From Candidatus Eiseniibacteriota bacterium (lineage in GTDB: Bacteria; Eisenbacteria; RBG-16-71-46): 64,000 nucleotides of DNA. Shown in pieces: positions 9,335 to 18,105 of this stretch (its first letter is position 1; the number at the start of each line of letters is the position of its first letter). The notes beneath the pieces were generated by a model, which was given only the letters and a program-made list of their open reading frames with translations, ran no database searches and was not told the DNA's origin. Both the position numbers and the translations under genes were made by a program. The stretch lies in contig DASTBI010000096.1 in NCBI GenBank assembly GCA_035712145.1, forward strand, positions 16,513 through 80,512, written 5' to 3'.

Positions 9335-11098
9335 ATGTCGCCAGGGGCCCAACTCAAGTATCCGGAGCTGCGCTATCTCTCGCCGGAGGCGCAGGCCATG
9401 GCGCGCTGGTTCCAGCAGCTGGCCCGCGGGATGCGAGTCTGCCGGCTCTATCCGCGCGACAACCCGACCGTGGTTCAGATCCAGGACCAGCTGCTCACCC
9501 AGCTCAACAAGAACCTCGGGGACCACGGCGCGGCTCGACTGAGGATCACGCCCACCGAGATTTGGCTGGTCGACGAGCCCATCGTTCATCAGCCGCTCAA
9601 TCCCGAGAACGTCGACCCGCTGTCCGCCAAGGCCGACCGGCTCTCGTTCATCTTCTATCGCGACGGTCTGCGCGGCCTGGTCTTCAAGCCCGACATTCCG
9701 GCCGCGGAGTTCGACGCCTTCTTCCATGCGATGGTCGCGGCCGATCGCGGCCCGATGCTCCACGACGATCTCGTGACGCTCCTGTGGCAGGCTCATGCCA
9801 CTCGCATCGAGATCGATGCCGTGCCGATCTCGCAGACCATCTACCTCTCCACCAAACGCATTCACGCGGGAGGACGGAGGAGGCTTCACGGCCTCGCTTT
9901 CAGCCTCGATCCGACCGGGGAAGAGATCCACGCCGAGATCGGTCAGATCGCCGGCGCGGCCCAGGGGCTCCATCGCGACACCTTCGATGACTGGCCGCTC
10001 CCCAAGACCTACGTCGACGTGCCGGCGGCGTACGAGATCCTGACCAAAGGCATGCAGTTCGTGCGCTCCATCCTGCTCACCGAGTGGTCGGCCGAGCGGG
10101 GCGTGGAATGGACGACCGAGGTGCCGGGCCTGTTCCGGAGGGTCCTCGCGCTGGACCCGAGCGTGGACACCCGAGCCGCGCTATCCCAATCGGTGGTCAC
10201 CTGGCTGGCGTCCGCGGTCCAGCGCTTCTCGTGGGACGAGGCGCGTGACGCGCTTTCGCTGCTGCGCGAGTTCGACCCCGATGGATCGCTGTCCACCGAA
10301 GATCTGGCCGACGCTTTCGCCGGACTCGATGGCGAAGCGATCGCCGAGCACCTCGACGAATCTCCGGCGGAGGATCTGGCCAAGTTCCTCGCGCTGGCCG
10401 TCGCGCAAGGGGCCACGGCGATCGATCTCGGCACCACCGTGATGGCGCGCGCGGCCAAGGCGCGCACGAGGGCGGCGGCGACCACGATGCTGTGCTACCT
10501 CTGCTCCGACAAGCCGGAGCTCCTCTCGCCCTACCTTGCGGACGAGCGCTGGTACGTGGTTCGCAACACGGTGTTCATCCTGGGACAGATCGGCGGCGAA
10601 GAAGTGCTGGAGCACTTGCGGTTCGCTTCCGGCCACCCCGACGCTCGCGTGCGCCGGCAAGTCGTGACCTCGCTCGCCAACGTGCCGCCGGAGGCGCGGC
10701 TGCCGATCCTGACGACGTATCTCAGCACGCCGGATCTGCGGCTGCTCTCGACCACGCTCAACGTGATGGCGCGGCACCGCGCTCCAGAGACGTTGCGCAC
10801 GCTGGTGCGGCAGATCATGGCCCCGAACTTCGAATCCCGCGGCGACGCGCATCAGCGGCTGATCTTCAACGCCATCTCCGAGATGGGAGACGACAGCGCG
10901 GTCTCCGCGCTGGCGACGCTGGTCAACAAAGGAGGATGGTTCGCGCGCGTGACCCCGCAGCGCCAGGCCGCCGCGCAGGCGCTCTTCAAGATCGGCACCG
11001 AAAAAGCCCTGGCCGTGCTCGAAGAAGGCATTCGCTCGAGCCACGAGGCGATCCGCCAGGTCTGTCTCGAGGCCATGGCCAGCAAGAGTGCTCCATGA
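9335..11098 (+). CDS. HEAT/PBS-lyase repeat protein of unknown function
   Basis: The C-terminal half carries HEAT-like repeats (ERWYVVRNTVFILGQIGGEEVLEHL; HPDARVRRQVVTSLANVP). An AGGAG-like RBS precedes the ATG. The stop overlaps the next gene's ATG (ATGA). Confidence 0.6.
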   Translation: MSPGAQLKYPELRYLSPEAQAMARWFQQLARGMRVCRLYPRDNPTVVQIQDQLLTQLNKNLGDHGAARLRITPTEIWLVDEPIVHQPLNPENVDPLSAKADRLSFIFYRDGLRGLVFKPDIPAAEFDAFFHAMVAADRGPMLHDDLVTLLWQAHATRIEIDAVPISQTIYLSTKRIHAGGRRRLHGLAFSLDPTGEEIHAEIGQIAGAAQGLHRDTFDDWPLPKTYVDVPAAYEILTKGMQFVRSILLTEWSAERGVEWTTEVPGLFRRVLALDPSVDTRAALSQSVVTWLASAVQRFSWDEARDALSLLREFDPDGSLSTEDLADAFAGLDGEAIAEHLDESPAEDLAKFLALAVAQGATAIDLGTTVMARAAKARTRAAATTMLCYLCSDKPELLSPYLADERWYVVRNTVFILGQIGGEEVLEHLRFASGHPDARVRRQVVTSLANVPPEARLPILTTYLSTPDLRLLSTTLNVMARHRAPETLRTLVRQIMAPNFESRGDAHQRLIFNAISEMGDDSAVSALATLVNKGGWFARVTPQRQAAAQALFKIGTEKALAVLEEGIRSSHEAIRQVCLEAMASKSAP

Positions 11099-12651
11099 GC
11101 GAGCGCCCGTACGAGAACCCGGAACGGCCGGTCGGAGCTTCGGCACGAGACCTCGGCGTGCCGGTGTTGAGCCGCCTCTCCGCGCTGATCCGCATTGGCC
11201 GCTCCTATCAGACGGACAACCAGGTGTTCGAGGGCCAGCTCCAGGGCTTCATGAGCGCGCTCCAGCCGGTGCTCGACGCCGACGGCGAAGCGGTCCTGGT
11301 GGAGGTCGACGGCGACGTATTCCTCAATGGCACGCGCGTCCCGATCAAGGGCATGAACGTGCGCTTTCATCGGCACGTGATGGACGAGATGCGCGCCCGC
11401 CAGATCGCCGGCTTCCGCGCGGTGCAGGGCGTCACGAACGAGGACATGAAGAAGTTCTTCCGCTACTTCATGCAGCCCGACCTCTACACCGGCGCGGACC
11501 TGCTCAGCGCCTGCATCGCCGAAGGCCTCGACAAGGTGCTGCCCGCCGTTCATGCCTCGACGACGTCGCCGGACGAGATCTTCGACATCGGGGCGGCCCT
11601 CGAGCATCTCGACGACTCTGCGCCCGAGGTCGCGTCGCGTCCCAGGAACAGCGACGCCGACGCGGGATTCTCCAACGACTTTCCGGGAGCGGGCGTCGTG
11701 ACCCAGGGTGGCTCGGGCGCCCCCGAAGGCGCGGTGCGGAAGAACTTCTCCGCCGCGATCGCCGGGGCGAAGTCGCTGCTCACCACGACCTCGCTGCAGC
11801 GCGGCATGGAGATGCGTCACGCCAAGCGCGTGGTGCAGCCGCTCGTCGACGGCGCCTTCGCGGACGAGCCCGTGGTGCTCGGCCTTTCGTCGCTGACGCA
11901 CCGCGACGAGTTCACTTACGCCCACGCCGTGAATGTCACGCTGGTCGCGGTGACGATGGGCCACCTCCTCGAGATGGACCGCCGTGCGCTCGCGGACCTC
12001 GGGGTGGCCGCCCTGCTGCACGACGTCGGCAAGGACGCGGTCGGCCGTCAGATCAGCAACCCGCTCGAGGCCTTCACCGACGAAGAGAAGGCGCTCGCCG
12101 AGCGCCATCCCGTGGAAGGCGTCAAGGAAATGGCGCGCTCGACCACGCTCAACGCCACCTCACTGCGCTGCATGAAGGTCTCGCTCGAGCATCACGCGGG
12201 TCCGGACGGCGTGGGCTATCCGGCGCTGGGTCCCGAGTGGCACACCAGCATGCTGTCGCGCATCGTGGCGGTGGCGGATTGCTACGTGAGCCTGCAGATG
12301 CACCGCAGCGTGCGCGGCGCCTTCGTGACCCCGTTCGAAGCTCTGGGCATGATGCTCGGCCCGCTCAAGAGCCGCTTCCATCCCGCCATGCTCTGGGCGC
12401 TGGTCCAGACCGTCGGCTTCTATCCGCCCGGGCAAATGGTCGAGCTCGACGACGGCACGATCGCCATCGTGCTGGCGCCGAACGCGAAGGACCTGGCTCG
12501 TCCCAACGTGAGGCCGATCATCGCCCCCGGCGGCCGGCGACTCGCGCCCTCGGAGATGCTGGACCTCACTCCGATTCCCCAGGACCGGAAGGTCAGGCGC
12601 GCGCTGCGTGGAGCGGAGTACCCCGGCGAGGAACCGAGCGCGGCCGCCTGA
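11095..12651 (+). CDS. HD-GYP domain c-di-GMP phosphodiesterase with an uncharacterised ~300-aa N-terminal domain
   Basis: LLHDVGK (the HD motif) and HHAGPDGVGYPA (the HHExxDGxGYP motif) are present. The start is the ATG at 11095, overlapping the upstream stop and in frame within the longer 719-aa ORF. Confidence 0.8.
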   Translation: MSERPYENPERPVGASARDLGVPVLSRLSALIRIGRSYQTDNQVFEGQLQGFMSALQPVLDADGEAVLVEVDGDVFLNGTRVPIKGMNVRFHRHVMDEMRARQIAGFRAVQGVTNEDMKKFFRYFMQPDLYTGADLLSACIAEGLDKVLPAVHASTTSPDEIFDIGAALEHLDDSAPEVASRPRNSDADAGFSNDFPGAGVVTQGGSGAPEGAVRKNFSAAIAGAKSLLTTTSLQRGMEMRHAKRVVQPLVDGAFADEPVVLGLSSLTHRDEFTYAHAVNVTLVAVTMGHLLEMDRRALADLGVAALLHDVGKDAVGRQISNPLEAFTDEEKALAERHPVEGVKEMARSTTLNATSLRCMKVSLEHHAGPDGVGYPALGPEWHTSMLSRIVAVADCYVSLQMHRSVRGAFVTPFEALGMMLGPLKSRFHPAMLWALVQTVGFYPPGQMVELDDGTIAIVLAPNAKDLARPNVRPIIAPGGRRLAPSEMLDLTPIPQDRKVRRALRGAEYPGEEPSAAA

Positions 12652-12687
12652 TCGCGACAGCACGATGGGTCGGTGCTGGAAGCGCGA

Positions 12688-14355
12688 CTAGGCCGCGGCT
12701 TGATCGGGAAGCGCGCTCTCGTTGAAGAGCGGAAGGCGGATCCAGAACAGGCTTCCTCCGCCGTTCGGATGCTCGACGCCGACGCTTCCTCCGTGGAGCT
12801 CGACGATGCGGCGCACCAGATGGAGACCGATCCCCAGCCCGCTCTTCTGGTTCGCGCCCTTTTGCTCGCCCTGCCCGAAGAGCTCGAAGATCCTGGCGCG
12901 ATCCTCGGGGCGCACGCCGGGACCCTGGTCCCGTACCTCGACGACCAGCGTGGAGGGCTCCGAACGGCTCACGACCTCGACCGTGGCTCCGCGCGGCGAG
13001 AACTTGATCGCGTTCGAGAGCAGATTCACCAGCGCCTGCCGCACCTTGAGATCGTCGACGAAGAGCTGGGCGAGGCCGGGCGCGAGGCTCGCGTGGAGAC
13101 GCACGCCGTGCTTCTCGCCGATCGGCGTGACCGTGGCGATCGCGGCGCGCACCAAGTCGTTCAGGTCCCGGGACTTCTTGTCGAGCACGAGCTTGCCGGT
13201 CTCGAGGCGGGTGAGGTCCAGGATGTCGTCGATCAGTCCGAGCAGCATCCCCGCTTCGCTCGACATGCGGCGCAGGAACTCCCGGCGCTGGGCGCTCGAC
13301 AACCTGCCTTCGCTTTCCTCCAGCACTTCCGCGTAGCCGATCACCGAGGTCAGCGGCGTGCGCAGCTCGTGGCTGGCGGTGGAGAGGAAGCTGTCCTTGA
13401 ACCGGTTGAGCTCGCTCAGTTGGAGGTTCGACGCCTCGAGCACCTGCGTGCGCGCGTTCAACCGCTCCACGACCTCGGCTCGCTCCACCACGGAGCCGAC
13501 GTGCTCGGCGAACATCCTCAGCACGTCGCGGTGGTGCTCACGGAACGGCTGGGGGTGGTTGATGCGATTGACGTTGAGCACGCCGATCAGACGATCGGCG
13601 ACACGGATCGGCAGCGACAAGGCCGAGGTGATGTTCCGGTTGGGCTTGTAGTGCTGTCCCATCGGCCCCGGGTCCTCGGCGCCGAGCAGGAGCGGCTGCT
13701 GGTGCTCGGCCACCCAGCCGGCGATGCCTTCACCGATCTTCCGCTTTCCGTGGCGCGCGTATTCGGACTCGAGACCGTAGGATGCGCGCGTCTCGAGGAT
13801 GCCGCTGTCGGCGTCGTACACCATGACCGACGCCTGTTGCGCGCCGAGCGTGGAAACGACACGTCGCACGATGATCTCGAGGATGACGTCGAGCGGAAGC
13901 TGAAGGTTGAGCGACGTCGAGACCCGGAACATTTCCGAGATCTCGGATAATCTGGTGCCCATGTCCTTCAGATCCGACTGCTCGCGGCCCATGTTCGAGC
14001 GCAGGCGGTTGAGTTGGTATTGCTTCACCCCGATCAGCAGGCAGAATGCGCCGACCAGGCCGGCCAGACTGAAGCCGGCGACCCGGCTATCGGACAGAGG
14101 AAGGCGGCCTTCGAGGAGCTGGACCGCGATGGTGAGCGCCCCGATGACGACGAAGGTGACCGACCAGAGCCACCAGCCCCGAAGGTCGACGTGGTCGTTC
14201 TTCGACTTGCGAAACAGGCTCACGAGCCGTTCCCCTGGAGAGGACGTGCGGACCTCCTGGTTATCGGCGAGCGCGGCCAAGGCCTTAGGCCGGAATGGCT
14301 CGTAATTGAACGACCGGCTGGCCTCCCTGATCCGGCGTCCCGGCGTATGGCTCAC
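12688..14355 (-). CDS. Sensor histidine kinase with two TM helices and GAF, HisKA and HATPase domains
   Basis: It has two hydrophobic segments, a GAF-like region, an H-box FLSTASHELRTPLTSVIGYAEVL, and N/G boxes LLSNAIKFSP...GLGIGLHLVRRIVELHGG. The start is uncertain (GTG at 14355 or an internal start). Confidence 0.8.
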   Translation of the reverse strand: MSHTPGRRIREASRSFNYEPFRPKALAALADNQEVRTSSPGERLVSLFRKSKNDHVDLRGWWLWSVTFVVIGALTIAVQLLEGRLPLSDSRVAGFSLAGLVGAFCLLIGVKQYQLNRLRSNMGREQSDLKDMGTRLSEISEMFRVSTSLNLQLPLDVILEIIVRRVVSTLGAQQASVMVYDADSGILETRASYGLESEYARHGKRKIGEGIAGWVAEHQQPLLLGAEDPGPMGQHYKPNRNITSALSLPIRVADRLIGVLNVNRINHPQPFREHHRDVLRMFAEHVGSVVERAEVVERLNARTQVLEASNLQLSELNRFKDSFLSTASHELRTPLTSVIGYAEVLEESEGRLSSAQRREFLRRMSSEAGMLLGLIDDILDLTRLETGKLVLDKKSRDLNDLVRAAIATVTPIGEKHGVRLHASLAPGLAQLFVDDLKVRQALVNLLSNAIKFSPRGATVEVVSRSEPSTLVVEVRDQGPGVRPEDRARIFELFGQGEQKGANQKSGLGIGLHLVRRIVELHGGSVGVEHPNGGGSLFWIRLPLFNESALPDQAAA

Positions 14356-16336
14356 CCTGTTCGCGGCCGGGCTCGCGATCTTCTACCTCGAGGCGCTGCG
14401 GACCGGGTTCCTCAATGACGACTACTTCTTCCTCGAGCAGGCGAAGCGCGCGACGCTGACTCACTCGATCACGCCGCTCGATCCGCTCGGCAACTACTTT
14501 CGCCCGCTATCGAGGCAGATCTACTTCGCCCTCATCACGCCGCTGGCGGGCGATCATCCTCTGGTCTTCCATGCCGTCAACTTCGTGATCTTCGTCCTGG
14601 GTCTGGCGCTGGTCGCGGATCTCCTGCGCGCGTTCCTGCCGCTTCCGGCGGTGCTGGCGGGCACGCTCTATTTCGCCACCCTTCCCTTCCAGCAGGTGAA
14701 CCTCACCTGGGTCTCCTGCTCGCAGGATCTGCTGGCGCTCTTCTTCTCGCTCGGATCGTTCGCGTTATTTCGACGAGGAAGAACCATCCTGGCCGCGCTG
14801 GCCTATCTTCTCGCCGTCTTCAGCAAGGAATCCGCGCTGCCGCTTCCTCTCGCGTTGGCGGCATGGATGTTCTGGTTCGAGCCGGCGCCCGATCGAGCGG
14901 CTGCACAGCGGCGCCTAGTCCCGTTCCTGATCGTCCTCGCACTCTGGGGTGGAGTCACGTTGTGGGTACGAAGCCAGGCAGCGGCCCAGCCGTTGCACTT
15001 CGGTCCCCAACACTTCGTGGCCGGCTACGTCCATGGCTTGCAGAGCCTGCTCGGTCTCGAGCATCCGTCCGGCTTCCTGAGAGGCCTGCTCCATCCCGGC
15101 AGCGCCTCGTGGGTGTGGGTCACCCTGGTGCCGGCGCTGCTGCTCCTGATCCCGGCGGGTCTGGCGATGCGGGACGCACCGGCCCATACGGGGAGCCGGC
15201 GGCGGAACGTCGTCCTCTTCGCCGGAGCATGGCTGCTGGCATTCGGGATCGTGACGGGACCGGTCGCCGCTGGGTGGAGCAGCTACTACTACACGCTGTT
15301 CGCCGTCGGCGGATCGATTCTGGTTGGGCTCGCCTGCATCCGCATTCGTCCGGCGGATTGGCTGCTCCTCTGCGCAGGGCTCTTGTGGTGGCACGCCGGG
15401 GCGACGAGCGCGCGCGCATTCGCCACCGCGGAGAACCCCTGGGTGTGGACGTCTCACCTCACGTCCTTCTACTTCCAGCGCGCCGCGGCGAACACTGACA
15501 CCCTGGGACGCCAGCTGCTTCGCCTCGTGCCGAATCCCGAGCACGAGTCGCGTTTCTTCTTCTCGAACTTCCCCTATTGGGCGGGATTCCAGATGGGCAA
15601 CGGGCCTCAGGTGCGAGCCCTCTACAAGGACCTGTCGCTCCAGTCTCACTTCTTCTCGCAGTTCTCCGAGAGCACCGCGGCCGACCGGCCCTGCATCTTC
15701 ATCACGTGGGACGGACAATCGCTGAGGCCTCTCTATCCGAGCCCGCGCGACCGCTTCTTCCAGGTGGGCTCCGATCTGCTCGCCCTTGGGCACCTCGAGG
15801 GCGCGCGACACGCGTTCCGTCGTGGCCTCGCCTCGAACGAGCTCGCCGCCGACCACCTCTACTGGCTGGGGTGGACCGAGCTCTGGCTGCTGCGGCGCGA
15901 CGCCGCGGAAGCCGCCTGGCGTGCGTTCGGCGCAAAGGACGACTCCGTCGCGTGGTGGATGCAGATGCGACGAGCCCGGCAGGCCTTGAACGACACGCGC
16001 GACACGCTGGCCGCTCGACGCGCGCTGGCCGAGGCGATCCGTTCCGGCATCGGCCGCCCCGAGGCGCATGCGGTGCTCGGCAGTCTCCTGCTCGAATCGC
16101 ACCCCAAGTACGGCGTCCTCGAGCTCAAGGTGGCCTCCTATCTGAAGCCGGACGACTGGCTGGCGCGCCGCGACCTGGTGCTCGGGCTCTACCGCTCCGG
16201 ACTCGACGACGACGCGCGGCTCCAGATGGCGCAGATCGCGACGCTCGGGTTCGACTGGCGAAGCGATTCGCTGCTGGTGGCCGCAGCCCGTACGATGGAG
16301 CGACGGTCGCAATCGGGCGCGGTGGTCGAGTTCTGA
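14306..16336 (+). CDS. GT-C fold (PMT/ArnT-like) integral membrane glycosyltransferase with a C-terminal TPR region
   Basis: The N-terminus has 10 or more TM segments and a DDYFFLEQ-like motif. The C-terminus has TPR-like helices. The start is a non-ATG (TTG) codon at 14306 and overlaps the histidine-kinase 5' end. Confidence 0.6.
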   Translation: MNDRLASLIRRPGVWLTLFAAGLAIFYLEALRTGFLNDDYFFLEQAKRATLTHSITPLDPLGNYFRPLSRQIYFALITPLAGDHPLVFHAVNFVIFVLGLALVADLLRAFLPLPAVLAGTLYFATLPFQQVNLTWVSCSQDLLALFFSLGSFALFRRGRTILAALAYLLAVFSKESALPLPLALAAWMFWFEPAPDRAAAQRRLVPFLIVLALWGGVTLWVRSQAAAQPLHFGPQHFVAGYVHGLQSLLGLEHPSGFLRGLLHPGSASWVWVTLVPALLLLIPAGLAMRDAPAHTGSRRRNVVLFAGAWLLAFGIVTGPVAAGWSSYYYTLFAVGGSILVGLACIRIRPADWLLLCAGLLWWHAGATSARAFATAENPWVWTSHLTSFYFQRAAANTDTLGRQLLRLVPNPEHESRFFFSNFPYWAGFQMGNGPQVRALYKDLSLQSHFFSQFSESTAADRPCIFITWDGQSLRPLYPSPRDRFFQVGSDLLALGHLEGARHAFRRGLASNELAADHLYWLGWTELWLLRRDAAEAAWRAFGAKDDSVAWWMQMRRARQALNDTRDTLAARRALAEAIRSGIGRPEAHAVLGSLLLESHPKYGVLELKVASYLKPDDWLARRDLVLGLYRSGLDDDARLQMAQIATLGFDWRSDSLLVAAARTMERRSQSGAVVEF

Positions 16337-16348
16337 GGAGAGAACGCG

Positions 16349-17359
16349 ATGCGGCGAGGGCGAGTGGTTCTCGAGGAAATCGACAGCCTGGTCCTGCGCG
16401 GCAACCCGCTCGGCGATTCCCACCGGCGCAGAGTGCCGGTCTACTTGCCGCCGTCGTACGACGAATCTCCCGATGCGCGTTATCCCAGCGTATACGTGCT
16501 CGCCGGATTCACGGGTCGCGGCCGCACGCTGCTCAACGACTCGCCCTGGTCACCGCCGCTCGACGAGCGCATGGACGGACTCATCGCATCCAGGCGATGC
16601 GGCGAGATGATCCTGGTGATGCCGGACTGCTTCACGCGCCTCGGCGGATCGCAGTACATCGACTCCACCGCCACCGGACGGTACGGCGAGCACCTGGCTC
16701 GCGAGCTCGTGGGCTGGATCGACGCGCGCTACCGGACGCTGGACGACCGCGATCACCGCGCGGTGGCGGGCAAGTCCTCGGGGGGATATGGCGCGCTGGT
16801 CCATGGCCTGAAGAACCCCGACGTCTTCGGCGTCGTCGCATGCCACAGCGGAGACATGTACTTCGACTACTGCTATCGCGGCGACGTCCCCAAGTTCTGC
16901 TCTGCCCTGCAGCAGGAGGGAGGAGTCGAGGCCTGGCTCCGGGCATTCGAGGCCAAGCCGCAGAAGAAGCACGACGATCACGTGGCGCTCAACATCCTGG
17001 CGATGGCTTCCGCCTACTCGCCGAATCCAGCCTCGCCCCTCGGCATCGATCTGCCCTGCGACCTCGAGACCGGGGCGTTCCGGGACGACGTCTGGGAGCG
17101 ATGGCTCGCGCACGATCCGATCCGCCTGCTCGAGCGTCACGCGGACGCGCTGCGCTCCATGCATCTCCTCTACCTGGATTGCGGGACTCGCGACGAGTGG
17201 AGCCTGCATCTCGGCGCCCGGCTGATGTCCAGGCGGCTGCTTGCGCTTGGCATCGCTCACGAGCACGAGGAGTTCGACGACGGCCACATGAACGTGAGCT
17301 ACCGCTACGACGTGAGCTTTCCGAAGATCGCCGCGGCTCTCGGGGCCAAGCCCGCTTGA
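16349..17359 (+). CDS. Esterase (alpha/beta-hydrolase, enterochelin-esterase-like family)
   Basis: AGKSSGGYGAL is the GxSxG nucleophile motif, preceded by PSVYVLAGF. An AGGAGA RBS is present. Confidence 0.7.
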   Translation: MRRGRVVLEEIDSLVLRGNPLGDSHRRRVPVYLPPSYDESPDARYPSVYVLAGFTGRGRTLLNDSPWSPPLDERMDGLIASRRCGEMILVMPDCFTRLGGSQYIDSTATGRYGEHLARELVGWIDARYRTLDDRDHRAVAGKSSGGYGALVHGLKNPDVFGVVACHSGDMYFDYCYRGDVPKFCSALQQEGGVEAWLRAFEAKPQKKHDDHVALNILAMASAYSPNPASPLGIDLPCDLETGAFRDDVWERWLAHDPIRLLERHADALRSMHLLYLDCGTRDEWSLHLGARLMSRRLLALGIAHEHEEFDDGHMNVSYRYDVSFPKIAAALGAKPA

Positions 17360-18105
17360 CCGGCCTGGAGCGAACTCTGGTCCCGCTCGAGATCCGCGGT
17401 CTGACCCGCCGCTACGGCTCGCTGGTCGCGGTCGATCATCTCGACCTCGAGGTGCGTGCCGGGGAGATCCTCGGCTTCCTCGGACCCAACGGCGCGGGGA
17501 AGACGACGACGCTGCGCTGCATCTCGGGCCTGCTTCGTCCTCACGCCGGGACCATCCGCGTGGCCGGCTTCGATCTCGAGCGCGAGGCTCTGCGCGCCCG
17601 GGCCTCGATGGGTTTCGTGCCGGACCGGCCCTTTCTGTATCCGCGCCTCACCGCCCGCGAGTTCCTCGATCTGGTCGGCGCGCTCTACGACGTGCCAGGA
17701 CCGAGGGCGCGGGAGCGTGGTGATGAGCTGCTGACGCGCCTCGACCTGGGCCGTGAGCGCGATGACCTGATCGAGACCTTCTCGCTGGGCATGCGTCAGA
17801 AGGTGGCGGTGGCCGCGGGGCTCCTCCACGACCCGCCGCTCCTGCTGCTCGACGAGCCGCTCGGAGGCCTCGATCCACAGAGCGCCCGCGCTCTCAAGGA
17901 TCTGCTTCGCGAGCGCGCCAGCGCGGGCTTCGGAGTGCTGGTGTCCACGCACCTGCTCGATGTGGCGGAGCGCCTCTGCGACCGGGTGGCGATCGTGAGC
18001 CACGGGCGGCTGCGCGCCTCGGGAACGCTCGAGGAGCTGCGACGCGGAAGCGGGGCGACGACGCTGGAGGACGTGTTCCTCGAGCGGGTGAAGGAGGCCC
18101 CGTGA
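17356..18105 (+). CDS. ABC transporter ATP-binding protein
   Basis: It has the Walker A GPNGAGKTTT, the signature LSLGMRQKVAVAAGL, and the Walker B LLLLDEP. There is no in-frame ATG; a TTG at 17356 overlaps the esterase stop. Confidence 0.8.
   Translation: MTGLERTLVPLEIRGLTRRYGSLVAVDHLDLEVRAGEILGFLGPNGAGKTTTLRCISGLLRPHAGTIRVAGFDLEREALRARASMGFVPDRPFLYPRLTAREFLDLVGALYDVPGPRARERGDELLTRLDLGRERDDLIETFSLGMRQKVAVAAGLLHDPPLLLLDEPLGGLDPQSARALKDLLRERASAGFGVLVSTHLLDVAERLCDRVAIVSHGRLRASGTLEELRRGSGATTLEDVFLERVKEAP

Noticed and set aside
15577-17355. N-terminal 590 aa of the 842-aa ORF that ends in the ABC ATPase.
   Set aside because: It is low-complexity Arg/Ala/Pro text overlapping the GT-C and esterase genes in another frame. 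Only the C-terminal 250 aa (from the TTG at 17356) are a real ATPase.
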